This document shows positions 8,895 to 18,180 of a stretch of DNA of 64,000 bases, in pieces (within the stretch, counting starts at the first letter, position 1; every line of letters starts with the position of its first letter). The stretch is from a virus: IMG/VR virus record IMGVR_UViG_3300034069_000021, positions 1 through 64,000 of that record; one strand, given 5' to 3'. The position numbers were made by a program, and so were the translations under genes. A model generated the notes under the pieces. That model was not told the origin of the DNA. It did not search any database and saw only the letters and a program-made list of their open reading frames with translations.

Positions 8895-9890
8895 TTACGC
8901 CGCCTTGCCCCGCGCCACAATCGACTCCAGCCGAGTGGTCGCCAGGCGCTCCAGGTGGGTGATGCCGTGCTCGTAGTAGGTCTGGCCGGTGCCGGGGCAC
9001 TGGTTCCGGTGGTACTGGACGTGAGGCCCGGTGCCCTTGATGACGAACATGCCGCCGCGCAGGATGGCCCGCCCGGCCCACAGGATCTCAAACGGGTTGC
9101 CGCTCAGCAGCTCACCCAGCTGCTCCAGGATGGAGTCGCGCCCGGTAAACCGCATGAACACCCCGTTGAACACCGCCCGAGCCATCTCCTTGGACCCGTC
9201 GTCCTCCCAGGAGGTGTAGATGTCGCCGGGGTCGGCCAGGTGCAACATGCCGGGCTCACTGGCCGTCTCCAGCGTCGGGTCCAGGCCCGAGCCGCCGGGG
9301 TCGACGTTGCCCGCGTACGCGCCAGCGGGGCGCATGGGGTTGCCAAACGTCACGCCGCCGAGCAGCTTGACCTCGGGGCGGACCTTCCCGGCGCGGATGG
9401 CGTTGCGCGCCCGGCCACCGCAGATCGAGCCCTGGCTGTAGTCCACGAACGCCGCCGCGCTCGGAACGATGAACGGGTCGGCCAGGAACCGCATGATCTC
9501 GGCGGTGCCCTGGTCGGCGCTCTTGTTCATCGGCACCGAGGTGGCCGGGTAGTTGCCGGTCGGCTGCCACCAGTACAGGTGCAGCAGACGCCGCGCCACG
9601 TCGGCGGGGTAGCCGATCCCGAACGGGTCAGGCTGGCCCGAGCCGTGCGTGCTGATCAGCGTGGGCAGCAGCCCGAGCTGGTGGAGGTCGTGGTCACTCA
9701 CCCGGCCCGTTGGATCCTGACCCGTGCGCGACTGGTACTGGGCCTGCACGCCCTCCTCGTCGTAGCCGAAGTAGCCATCGACGCCGAGCGGCTTGCCGTC
9801 ACGGCCCAGCGCGTAGCCGGGGAACCTGAGGCGCATCATCGCCGCCCAGGCGGCGGGCATCAGCCCCGACGAGCCCAGGGCCAGGCTCAC
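8895..9890 (-). CDS. lysB: Lysin B (mycolylarabinogalactan esterase type)
   Basis: N-terminal peptidoglycan-binding-like repeat (GVDGYFGYDEEGVQAQYQ). Cutinase-like serine motif DYSQGS. Confidence 0.8.
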   Translation of the reverse strand: MSLALGSSGLMPAAWAAMMRLRFPGYALGRDGKPLGVDGYFGYDEEGVQAQYQSRTGQDPTGRVSDHDLHQLGLLPTLISTHGSGQPDPFGIGYPADVARRLLHLYWWQPTGNYPATSVPMNKSADQGTAEIMRFLADPFIVPSAAAFVDYSQGSICGGRARNAIRAGKVRPEVKLLGGVTFGNPMRPAGAYAGNVDPGGSGLDPTLETASEPGMLHLADPGDIYTSWEDDGSKEMARAVFNGVFMRFTGRDSILEQLGELLSGNPFEILWAGRAILRGGMFVIKGTGPHVQYHRNQCPGTGQTYYEHGITHLERLATTRLESIVARGKAA

Positions 9891-10408
9891 CGCCGGAACG
9901 CCCCGAGATAGTCGGTGACGTCCTCGAAGGTGTCGACGGCCCCGGCCAGCGGCTTGCCGATCACCGGGATGGCCCCGAGCACCCCGCCGATCACGTCGGC
10001 GGCGTCCTTGGCCCGGTCGACGCCCCGGTTCAGCTCTTGATCGGCCACGTCGCGGATGATCTTGAGCTGTTCCAGAGCAGGTACCACCGGCAGCTCACGG
10101 GCGGGCGGGGCCTGGGTGAACGTGCCGTTGTCGATCTGCTTCTTGGTGCGGAACGCCGCCACCGCCGTGCCGACCGCCGCCACGAACGCGGTGCCGGTGG
10201 TGGACACCTGGCCCAGGCTCGCGGCCTGCTCCCCGGTGATCATGCCGAGCGCCGAGGCCAGGCCGACGAGGCCCGCCACGGCGGTGAGGCCCGCGTAGAA
10301 CTTCTGGATCAGCGGGGCCTTCGGGTCGGCGGGGCCACCGGGGACGAAGTTGGGGCTCACCCGAGCGGTCGTGCCGTCGGGGTTCACGTACAGGGTCTGG
10401 TCAGACAT
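9887..10408 (-). CDS. Holin-like membrane protein
   Basis: Lies between lysA and lysB. Hydrophobic helices LTAVAGLVGLASALGMITG and GTAFVAAVGTAVAAF. Confidence 0.5.
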   Translation of the reverse strand: MSDQTLYVNPDGTTARVSPNFVPGGPADPKAPLIQKFYAGLTAVAGLVGLASALGMITGEQAASLGQVSTTGTAFVAAVGTAVAAFRTKKQIDNGTFTQAPPARELPVVPALEQLKIIRDVADQELNRGVDRAKDAADVIGGVLGAIPVIGKPLAGAVDTFEDVTDYLGAFRR

Positions 10409-10416
10409 GGGTCTCC

Positions 10417-11892
10417 TTAGGCGGGGATGGCGGCGCGGATGAACTCGGCGGGGATCAGGCGGAAGGCGTCGGTGGCCTGCTTGATAGCCGCCGGGGTCTT
10501 CACCTTGCCCTGACCGTTGGCCGTGCGGGCGATGCGGCGGATGGAGTCGGCGTCACCGAACTCGATGGCCTGGCGCTCGACGTAGGGCTCATGCGGGCCG
10601 TGAGCGTCCAGCGCGGCCAGCATCACCGCCAGCGGCACGTCCGGCTCGCCGGGGTTCGCGTAGATGGACAGCGACGGAACGGCGGTGGCCATAAGTTCCT
10701 CCCAGGGTTCGACAGGGTTGGTGAGCAGCAGGTTCGCGTTCTCAGCGAGAGCGCGGTTGTAGACGGCCCGACGGCCCTCCAGGTTGGTCAGCCCGCCGTT
10801 CACGTAGCGCGTGGCCAGCTCCAGGTTGCGGGCGTCGGCGGCGTCGTTCATCGGGCGCTGAGTGGTCCAGTACCAGGTGACGCCGAGGAACGCGAACCGC
10901 TCGTCATCGAGCTGATCGGGGTGGACCACGAAGTAGTCGGGCGTCGGCACGTAGCCCTTGCCGTGAGCCCAGCCGGACATCTTCGTGTAGTTGGATCGGC
11001 CCGTGACCTGCATAAACGACCGGCCCTTGAACCTCACACCGTCGCCGGGCTGGCAGTTGCCCAGGCCCTCGCACCGGCCCTCGTAGGCCGCGCCGCTAGC
11101 GATCTCCTCGGTGTAGACCAGGTTGCCCGACTCGGGGAACACCTGGGAGTACCACATGGCCGAGCGGTCGATGTTGCCCAGCACGCCGCACGCCGCCTGG
11201 CACTCGACCAGCTCATCGAACCACCGCTCGAAGTGGCCGACGGACAGCTTCGACGCCGCGCCCCCGGCGATCCTCCACAGCACCTCGGGGGTGAGGCCCG
11301 AGGTCGGCTTGATCGGGTGGAGCGGGGCAGCGGGCACCTCGGCGAAGCCGCCGCCGCGCGGGGTGCCGCCACGTCGGTACGTGGAGAACCCGTCGGCGCG
11401 GATCTTCCGCTGGATGAACGAATGCACCCGGTCGAAGTTCTGAGCGCCAAACGTGTTGTAGCCCATCTGGAAGTGCATCGAGTCGATGAACGAGTTCCAG
11501 TCGTTGCCCCAGAAGACCATGCCCTCGTACCACGCCAGCAGCTCGCGCATGGCGGGCACCTGGGAGCCGTTGATGAGCACCGAGCCGTCCCAGCCCGCGT
11601 CGCGGATCTTGACCGGGTGATCGGACCAGTTCCAGTCGACGGCGGTCGCGCCCTTGTGGTTCGACGTGTAGACCGAGTTGTTCTCGGTCCAGCTGCCCTC
11701 GTCACTCAGCCCTCGGGCGTTCATCACCGGCTCGATGAACTCGTTGACGTCACGGAAGAACGCTTGCAGGATCGCGTGCGGCTGGCCCTTGCGGATCGGC
11801 AGGCTCAGCGCGGTGCCGGGGATCGTCAGGCGCTCAGTGTCGGACAGGTCGCACTCAGGCCACCCGTTCTCCAAAGTCATTCCCAAAGCCAC
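10417..11892 (-). CDS. lysA: Lysin A endolysin (M15-type peptidase plus GH19-like domain)
   Basis: GTG start. Peptidase motif HKGATAVDWNW..SMHFQ. GH19-like motifs GRSFMQVTGRSNY and GVTWYWT. Confidence 0.85.
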   Translation of the reverse strand: MALGMTLENGWPECDLSDTERLTIPGTALSLPIRKGQPHAILQAFFRDVNEFIEPVMNARGLSDEGSWTENNSVYTSNHKGATAVDWNWSDHPVKIRDAGWDGSVLINGSQVPAMRELLAWYEGMVFWGNDWNSFIDSMHFQMGYNTFGAQNFDRVHSFIQRKIRADGFSTYRRGGTPRGGGFAEVPAAPLHPIKPTSGLTPEVLWRIAGGAASKLSVGHFERWFDELVECQAACGVLGNIDRSAMWYSQVFPESGNLVYTEEIASGAAYEGRCEGLGNCQPGDGVRFKGRSFMQVTGRSNYTKMSGWAHGKGYVPTPDYFVVHPDQLDDERFAFLGVTWYWTTQRPMNDAADARNLELATRYVNGGLTNLEGRRAVYNRALAENANLLLTNPVEPWEELMATAVPSLSIYANPGEPDVPLAVMLAALDAHGPHEPYVERQAIEFGDADSIRRIARTANGQGKVKTPAAIKQATDAFRLIPAEFIRAAIPA

Positions 11893-11923
11893 ATACCCGA
11901 GCGTAGACCGTCGGGGTGAACAG

Positions 11924-11953
11924 TTGACATACCCGACTGACTCGGGTTAGTCT
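11924..11953 (+). promoter_or_regulatory. Promoter-operator cassette at the divergent lysA junction
   Basis: TTGACA (11924-11929), TA, CCCGACTGACTCGGG (11932-11946), then TAGTCT. Leader hairpin GGCGGG/CCCGCC at 11965-11981. Confidence 0.65.
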
Positions 11954-12001
11954 GATCTCATCAAGGCGGGACCGGCCCGCCGAGACTGAGAGGCCAAGAC
12001 C

Positions 12002-12772
12002 ATGGGTTCACCGTTCAAGACCACCGCCGCTGCCGCCGACGTGCGCCCGGCCACCGACGCCCAGATCCAGCGGGCCATCGTTCCGGCCCTGGAGCGCGGC
12101 TACTGGCGTGACGCCACCGACGCCGACAAGTACATCCAGCGTTGCACCGTGCTCAACCTGGTGATCAGCTGGGCGCTGGCCCCGATGGCCGACGCCACGC
12201 CCGCCGAGGTCAGCCGCGCCATCCATAACGCCGTCGGGCGCGGCGCGCCGGTCGGTGACCGCGTGAACGCCATCCTGGCCCACCTCAACGAGGCCAACGG
12301 CGGTCTCCGCGCCGAGGACCGCTGGCTGTACGCGCCGCTCACCAAGGAGGGCGCGTCCAAGCTGATCACGTGGCTGTTCGACCTGACGCCGGGCGCGCCC
12401 AAGGCCGACGCTGAGCTGCCCGTCACGGGTGACCGCCCGAGCGCCGAGGTGGTGCCCGCCGGTCGGTACGCGGTGGCCACCGAGGCGGGCGCGACCAACG
12501 AGCTGGCCTTCTACAAGGTCGACCGGCCCGACTCGGGCAAGTGGGCCGGGTTCGTGTTCGTCAAGCTGATGCAGTCCGACGAGGAGCAGCGGCTGAGCCG
12601 CGCCGCTGGTGACGCCATCCTCCGCAAGATCGCGGCGGTCGGCGCTGAGGCTGCCAGCGCGGCCTACGGCCACCACATCGGTGAGTGCGGCCTGTGCGGG
12701 CGCACCCTCACCAACGACGAGAGCCGCGCTCGGGGGATCGGACCCAAGTGCGCGTCCAAGGCGGGCTGGTAA
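12002..12772 (+). CDS. DUF6011 domain protein
   Basis: C-terminal motif GECGLCGRTLTNDESRARGIGPKC. Confidence 0.8.
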   Translation: MGSPFKTTAAAADVRPATDAQIQRAIVPALERGYWRDATDADKYIQRCTVLNLVISWALAPMADATPAEVSRAIHNAVGRGAPVGDRVNAILAHLNEANGGLRAEDRWLYAPLTKEGASKLITWLFDLTPGAPKADAELPVTGDRPSAEVVPAGRYAVATEAGATNELAFYKVDRPDSGKWAGFVFVKLMQSDEEQRLSRAAGDAILRKIAAVGAEAASAAYGHHIGECGLCGRTLTNDESRARGIGPKCASKAGW

Positions 12773-12789
12773 CCACCAGCCGCCCCGAC

Positions 12790-12815
12790 GGCCCCGGCTC
12801 ACCCGAGCCGGGGCC
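12790..12815 (+). terminator. Intra-operon hairpin (attenuator or terminator)
   Basis: 11-bp stem GGCCCCGGCTC / GAGCCGGGGCC with a 4-nt loop. Confidence 0.45.
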
Positions 12816-12836
12816 ACCACCACGAAAGGCACGCAG

Positions 12837-13271
12837 ATGACCATTACTGCCGCCGACGCCGCCCCGGCGCGCTCGGCACCCGTCCAGCCCACCGAGCGGT
12901 GCTACGGCCTCGGTGAGCTGATCTACGCCCACCGGACCTACATGGGCATCAGTCAGCGCGCCATGGCGGCGCGGCTGGAGTTCGACCGGCGCGACTACCA
13001 GCGCATCGAGAACGGGCGCAACATGTGCCCCGTCGGGTTCCTGACCAAGGTGACCGAGCTGGTGGACCTGTTCGACGCCACCGCCGACGCCCTGGTGGAT
13101 CAGGCCCGCAAGGCCGGTGGCGTCACCATCCTGATCGACACCGATCCGCGCTGGGAGTGGGAGCGCAACGTGGCCGGGCGCGCGGCGATGTTCGCCCTGA
13201 CGGCTGAGGATCAGCCGCGCGTTACGCTCACGTCCAAGCAGAACCCCACCGACATCAGGAGCCCGCGATGA
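12837..13271 (+). CDS. XRE-type helix-turn-helix DNA-binding protein
   Basis: Internal ATG of ORF 12609-13271. HTH-like segment YMGISQRAMAARLEFDRRDYQRIENG. Confidence 0.7.
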   Translation: MTITAADAAPARSAPVQPTERCYGLGELIYAHRTYMGISQRAMAARLEFDRRDYQRIENGRNMCPVGFLTKVTELVDLFDATADALVDQARKAGGVTILIDTDPRWEWERNVAGRAAMFALTAEDQPRVTLTSKQNPTDIRSPR

Positions 13272-13465
13272 GCGCCACCATGGCCGTGTACCTCAGCAAG
13301 ACCGAGGTGGCCGAGCGCCTGGGGATGAAGTCTGTCCGGTCGCTGAACAAGGTTCCGCTGCCCGAGCCTGACGCCCGTATCGGCGGGACGGTCGGCTGGC
13401 TCCCCGCCACCATCGACGCCTGGCACGCTGAGCGCCCAGGCCGAGGCTGGTGGGGCGGGCGCTGA
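13268..13465 (+). CDS. Small HTH protein (excisionase/MerR-like fold)
   Basis: ATGA overlap start. Motifs YLSKTEVAERLGMKSVRSLNK and WLPATIDAW. Confidence 0.55.
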   Translation: MSATMAVYLSKTEVAERLGMKSVRSLNKVPLPEPDARIGGTVGWLPATIDAWHAERPGRGWWGGR

Positions 13466-13467
13466 GC

Positions 13468-14595
13468 CTACGCGGCCTCGATGTAGTCCAGCGATGGGCT
13501 GAACCGCCGCACGCCGAACAGTTCCTTCGACCCCGACATCACCATCGCGACCGACCGGTTACTGCTGCCCCTGGCGGCGGTGCCGGTCGCGTCGTTCCAG
13601 GGGTCACCGACGGGGATGCCGTCTCGGTACAGGGTGTGGACGTTGCCCGCCTGGTGGAGCCGCAGCCGCGTGCCGGGGCCGAACTCGGTCAGGCCGGGCT
13701 TGACGATGGTGTTCGCGCCGCCGGTACGCCGGACGATGCCGACCCGGTTGTCCCTGAGGTCGAGACCGACGCCGGTCTGCGCCGCGCCGCTGTTCTGGTA
13801 GCGGCGGAACACCTGGGTGCTGTAGCCGGGGCTGCCCATCTGGCCGACGCGGATGTCCAGCCAGCCGTCATCCGTGGGGTGCTGGGTCGGGAAGCGCATC
13901 CGGCTGGTCTGAGCGTTCAGGCTCAGGAGGCCGTCGGGCACCAGCAGCCGGGCCATGCCGCCGCTCTTGCCGATGACGTAGCCCACCGCCTCCTCGGTCT
14001 CGGCGGTCGGGTGGAAGGCCCCGCACGTCAGCGTGCCGATCACGTCACCGACGGCGTTCACGATCCAGTTGATGGGGTCGCGCAGCAGGCCGGTGATGGC
14101 GTCGGGGATAAGGCCGATCATCTGGCCGAGCTGGCCGATAATCGGAATCTGGCCGACGAGCTTCTGGATGTCCAGGTCACCCTCCAGCCAGTCGGCCAGG
14201 CCGGGGCCGATGATGGGGATGTCGTTGACCATGCCGACCAGGCCATCGGGCGCGGCGGTGCCGCCCCACGCCCCGCAGTAGGCGTCCACCAGGCCCTGCC
14301 CGGTGTTGGCCACCAGCTTGCCCAGGCCGTTGACGCCGCTCTCCACGAACGCCACGGTCTGGCCCACGAAGTTGCCGAGGCCGTCGACCAGCCGCCCGAG
14401 CCCGTCAGAGAACAGGACGCCGAGGTCACCGTTCCACAGCTCGTTGATCCAGCCGGTGAGCCAGCCGTCCACGTTGAAGTCGTCGCGGATGGCCGAGCGC
14501 GTCCAGACCAGCGTCGAGCCCCGGTACACGGCGCTGATGGGTGTCCCGCCCCGGTAGAGCTGGCTGATGGCGGTCCCGCCTCGGTACAGGCTCAC
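13468..14595 (-). CDS. Minor tail protein
   Basis: GTGA overlap start. N-terminal repeats LYRGGTAIS/LYRGGTPIS/VYRGSTLVW. Last gene of the virion block. Confidence 0.7.
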   Translation of the reverse strand: MSLYRGGTAISQLYRGGTPISAVYRGSTLVWTRSAIRDDFNVDGWLTGWINELWNGDLGVLFSDGLGRLVDGLGNFVGQTVAFVESGVNGLGKLVANTGQGLVDAYCGAWGGTAAPDGLVGMVNDIPIIGPGLADWLEGDLDIQKLVGQIPIIGQLGQMIGLIPDAITGLLRDPINWIVNAVGDVIGTLTCGAFHPTAETEEAVGYVIGKSGGMARLLVPDGLLSLNAQTSRMRFPTQHPTDDGWLDIRVGQMGSPGYSTQVFRRYQNSGAAQTGVGLDLRDNRVGIVRRTGGANTIVKPGLTEFGPGTRLRLHQAGNVHTLYRDGIPVGDPWNDATGTAARGSSNRSVAMVMSGSKELFGVRRFSPSLDYIEAA

Positions 14596-14999
14596 CGGAC
14601 GTAGTAGTTGGTGTTCGGGTCGGGCTGAGTGATCTGCTGGAACTCGGTGGCGGTCCCGTGCCACTCCTTGCTCTCGATGTACGCGCCCGAGGCGTCCACG
14701 GCGCTGACCACGCCCGGCCCGGCCTTCTCACCGGTCACCGAGTCGGGCTGGAGCGCGGCTGTGCCCACCGCCAGCGGGGCCACGTTGACCGCCTGCACGC
14801 CGTTCTCGGCGATCTGGGGTGAGTCCACCGCCCCGAGCTTGATCTTCGCCCTGGAGACCGCCTGAGCGCCCAGCTCCACCTCACCGACCTGTCCGGCCTC
14901 AAGGTCGGGGCTCAGGAACTCGATCTCGGCGCGGGTCTCGTCATCGAACTTGGACCCACGCTCGGCGGCGGTGTCCATCAGCACGTTGACAATGGCCAT
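14592..14999 (-). CDS. Minor tail or fibre-associated protein
   Basis: 135-aa ORF in the tail block with high GC3. Confidence 0.6.
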   Translation of the reverse strand: MAIVNVLMDTAAERGSKFDDETRAEIEFLSPDLEAGQVGEVELGAQAVSRAKIKLGAVDSPQIAENGVQAVNVAPLAVGTAALQPDSVTGEKAGPGVVSAVDASGAYIESKEWHGTATEFQQITQPDPNTNYYVR

Positions 15000-15018
15000 G
15001 CTGATCAGGGTAGCTCAG

Positions 15019-15704
15019 CTAGGTCAGACCCTGGCCGAGGAACGCATCGAAGCTGGCCTCCATCTCCTCCTCGGAGAACCCAGGAGGCGGCGGCATGTAC
15101 CCGTCGCCGTCGATCACTCGGGCGGTGATGTCCGGCTTGTAGAGCTTGTCGAAGTACCGCGTGATCTCGGACTTCGCCTCGGCGGCGGTCTTGGCCCCGT
15201 TGGTGCTGGACTCCGCGCCGATCTGCTCCATGACGTCGAGCACCGCGTGCATCGTGGTCACCTGGCCCATGGGGTCAGCGATCCCCTTGTCCGCGTACCG
15301 GGCGCGGACGGCCCGCCAGTTGTGAGCGGTCATCAACGCGAGGTAGATGACCGCCGTGTAGGGCGGGCGGTACCCGCCGTTGCAATCGCCCGGCTCACCC
15401 TCAGCATGGTGTCCGGCGGCATGTCCCCGTCGGGGTCCATCATCTTGGCCAGCAGCTGCTCGAACTCGCCTTCGGCCAGGTGGTTCTGGACGAAGATGTC
15501 GAGCTGGTCAATCCTCATCTGAGGCCCGACCTTGCTGTTCGCCGCCCCGGCCAGCGCCGGGATGGCGTTCGGCAGAGGCTTGCGGGCGTGGAGCGTCATG
15601 CCGATCCCGTCGACCGCCAGCTCCCGGTACGGGTGGCCGGGCGGCGTCGGATGGTCCTCGGCGTCTGATTCGCAGTCGTCGTAGCCAGCAGGTGGATCGT
15701 ACAA
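15019..15704 (-). CDS. Tail assembly chaperone G-T fusion by predicted -1 frameshift
   Basis: The -1 frame of ORF 15019-15336 stays open and shows high GC3 for about 14 codons upstream of its TTG. Frames swap around 15372-15392. The T part, HNWRAVRARYADKGI, resembles chaperone T domains. Confidence 0.45.
15333..15704 (-). CDS. Tail assembly chaperone-like protein (G frame)
   Basis: TTG start. Paralogous to the C-terminal half of 31235-31915 (FVQNHL..KMMDPDG..RAIATA vs FIARHL..RLMDPDD..NAIVTA). Confidence 0.6.
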   Translation of the reverse strand: MYDPPAGYDDCESDAEDHPTPPGHPYRELAVDGIGMTLHARKPLPNAIPALAGAANSKVGPQMRIDQLDIFVQNHLAEGEFEQLLAKMMDPDGDMPPDTMLRVSRAIATAGTARPTRRSSTSR

Positions 15705-15731
15705 GTCAGCTCCCGAAGCCGTTGGTCAGTC

Positions 15732-16934
15732 TCAGAGTACGGGCACCGCGAACAGGTCCAACCGGGTCTCGCCCGAGTCGAAGCTGGACTCCGTGCCCGA
15801 GTCGCCGCCGTCGATGCTGGTGTTCTCCCAGAACTCGCTGATGAACCGCAGCTCCACCGCGCCGACGAACGTGCCGCCCGGCGGGACCAGCGTCCAGCCG
15901 ACGCGCTCGGGCGCGAGCGGGAACGTGACGCTGTTCATCCGCTGCTCCATCACGCCGAACTCGGTGCCGATGGCCAGGGTGCCGCCGCGCCCGATGTCAC
16001 CGCCGATGCCGAACATGCTGGCGTCGACCAGCACCGGCTCCAGGGTTCCCCGAGTGATCTTGACGTCATCCAGCCTCAGCGCCCCGGCGGTGTGATTGCC
16101 GCCGACGGCCACGCGGAGGCCGGTCACGCCCGCCGGAACGACGAACGTCTTGGTCAGGGTGTACCAGGTGCCGTTAGCCGGGAGAGCCGCCAGCGGGAAC
16201 TTCAAGGTCGAGTCGCCGCCGAACGGGGAGCTGGTGTTGGCCTGGTTCCGTACGACGAGGTAGCCCGTGGTGGCGGTGACGTCGTTTCCGTTGTAGGCGC
16301 TGTCGCGCCGGGCTCGGGTGCTGAGCACGACCGTCTCGCCGGGCGTGACGGGGAAGATCCCTTGACGGGTGAACGAGATCGCGTTGCCGCCCGCCAGCAG
16401 GAGGGTCTTGCCGTCATCACCGAACGCGCCGATGGACGCGCCGGTCGTGAGGGGCCACTGGCTTGGATCATCGAAGCTGTCGTTCAGGATGACGGCCTGC
16501 ATGGCCTGGCCCGAGCGCACCACCAGGCCACCGCGCGACCGGGCCTGGAGGCTCACCCGGCAGCCGCCGCGCGTGATCATCCCGTAGACCCACTGGTCGA
16601 CGGGGCTGTTGTTCGTCCACGACCGCTGGAGCTTGTGGATCAGCTGGTTCTTGTTACCGGCGGCGCTCACCGACGGCGCGAGCCCGGCCAGGATCGAGCT
16701 GGCCCCGAACACCGTGGCCAGGCTGGAGAACAGTGAGCCGAACAGGGTGCCGAGGGTTCCGAACACGCCTGCGCCGCTCGCGCCCGAGGTCAGGGTGACG
16801 CCGTACTGAGCCGACCGGCTCGGGGCCTTGATGCCGCCGACGTTGCGCCACTGCATCCACGGCTGAGGCGTGACCACGCCGTCAATTACCTGGAAGTGGT
16901 TCTCGTCAATCGGGGCCTGGAGCGGCGCGGTCAT
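15732..16934 (-). CDS. Minor tail protein with carbohydrate-binding-like domain
   Basis: ATGA overlap start at 16934. Segment ILNDSFDD..GNAISF..LRLDDVKIT resembles CBM/galactose-binding-like modules. Confidence 0.6.
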   Translation of the reverse strand: MTAPLQAPIDENHFQVIDGVVTPQPWMQWRNVGGIKAPSRSAQYGVTLTSGASGAGVFGTLGTLFGSLFSSLATVFGASSILAGLAPSVSAAGNKNQLIHKLQRSWTNNSPVDQWVYGMITRGGCRVSLQARSRGGLVVRSGQAMQAVILNDSFDDPSQWPLTTGASIGAFGDDGKTLLLAGGNAISFTRQGIFPVTPGETVVLSTRARRDSAYNGNDVTATTGYLVVRNQANTSSPFGGDSTLKFPLAALPANGTWYTLTKTFVVPAGVTGLRVAVGGNHTAGALRLDDVKITRGTLEPVLVDASMFGIGGDIGRGGTLAIGTEFGVMEQRMNSVTFPLAPERVGWTLVPPGGTFVGAVELRFISEFWENTSIDGGDSGTESSFDSGETRLDLFAVPVL

Positions 16935-17539
16935 AGCGATCCCATCGGTGAGCCGAGCGCCACCAGGCGCGTCCACCGAGCGTAGGCCTCCCAGCGCGGC
17001 TCCACGTCGGCGTCGGGGCCGGGCGTGACCCAGGTGCCGGGGGTCTGGACGCTGGCGATGTAGCGGAAGTGGAAGCTGTGCATGGGCTGGACCAGGCCAA
17101 TGTCGATGACCGTCTGGCTGCCCTCGCCGTCGAGGAAGAACCGACCGAACTGGATGGCGTTGCGGTCGACGCTGGAGCGGTCGATCTGCATCCGCCCGCC
17201 GAACGTGTCCATGGCCACGCTCGGGTAGTCGGCCTCGGGCTCCTCACCGATCATCCAGCTGACCGCATCGTGGATGACCACGGTGCTGGGAGACTGGACG
17301 ATGACCGAGCGCGGCGCGCGGTTCACCACGATGGCCACGCGCTGGCGATCTCGGCTGTTGTTGAACCAGGTCAGGTCGCCGTCGATCATGGTCACCGGGT
17401 CGGGGCTGAGCTTGATCGGCCCGTCCTTGGTGCTCTCCAGGAACGCCTCGGTGAGCTTGCGCGGACGCCACGTGTCAGCGATGCCGAGGCCCCGGCTGTC
17501 GCTGATCAGGTACTCCGAGGTCTGGATCTTGAGGCTCAC
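16931..17539 (-). CDS. Minor tail or hypothetical virion protein
   Basis: GTGA overlap start at 17539 (internal to ORF 16931-17893). Confidence 0.6.
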   Translation of the reverse strand: MSLKIQTSEYLISDSRGLGIADTWRPRKLTEAFLESTKDGPIKLSPDPVTMIDGDLTWFNNSRDRQRVAIVVNRAPRSVIVQSPSTVVIHDAVSWMIGEEPEADYPSVAMDTFGGRMQIDRSSVDRNAIQFGRFFLDGEGSQTVIDIGLVQPMHSFHFRYIASVQTPGTWVTPGPDADVEPRWEAYARWTRLVALGSPMGSL

Positions 17540-18180
17540 CCGGTCACCAGCCTTCCGGCGCGCGGGAACGTCTGGAGCTGGATCCGCGCCCATCCGGCCT
17601 CCGCTTCGTGGCGGGGCGCGTTCTTGTTCGCGTTGTCGCTGAAAGGCCCAGGCGTCCAGCAGTATTGGCGGTACCAGACCCTGATCGTTGCGCCGGGCTT
17701 GAGTGGTCCCAGCCACTCCTCGGCCACGCCGGTACCCCACCAGTGATGGAACAGGCCGGGGTTCGGCTCGGCCACGGTGTTGCTCTGCATGTCCCCGGCG
17801 CTGCCCACCTGGCCGTTGAACAGGCTGGCCACGGTCGGCTCCACCGGGATGACCGGCTCCAGCGCGTCGGCGGCGGTGATGGCCGACGACCACCGGTCAC
17901 GGAACTGGACGGCGTTCGGGTTCGACGTGACCCAGCGCCGCCAGCGCCGAGTGACCATGACGCGGATGTCCTGCTCGATGGGCGTGTCGTTGGTGTAGTC
18001 CACCAGCCGGTCGATGAGCAGCCGCCCTGGCAGCGTGTCGGTGATGAGCAGCTTCGTGGTGTCGTTGCCGCTCTGGGCCTTGACGTCGACCACGTTGCGC
18101 GGCACCGACCACGGGGCCAGCTGGAGGTTCCCCTGGGAGTCGGTGACCAGGTGCTCCCCGAGGCAGACCTGCCCGTTCAC
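17536..18180 (-). CDS. Minor tail or hypothetical virion protein
   Basis: 214-aa ORF with 4-nt overlaps at both ends. Confidence 0.65.
   Translation of the reverse strand: MNGQVCLGEHLVTDSQGNLQLAPWSVPRNVVDVKAQSGNDTTKLLITDTLPGRLLIDRLVDYTNDTPIEQDIRVMVTRRWRRWVTSNPNAVQFRDRWSSAITAADALEPVIPVEPTVASLFNGQVGSAGDMQSNTVAEPNPGLFHHWWGTGVAEEWLGPLKPGATIRVWYRQYCWTPGPFSDNANKNAPRHEAEAGWARIQLQTFPRAGRLVTG

Noticed and set aside
13268-13465. Excisionase-like HTH taken as evidence for an integration module or prophage att site.
   Set aside because: No tyrosine or serine recombinase motif is present in any frame of the window, and no attP-like core was identified. The fold alone is not diagnostic.
15001-15010. CTGATCAGGG upstream of gene 14592-14999 resembles the CCCTGATCAGGG palindrome at 90-101.
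   Set aside because: A 10-nt match is expected about once by chance in 128 kb of GC-rich sequence (both strands), and there is no promoter context.
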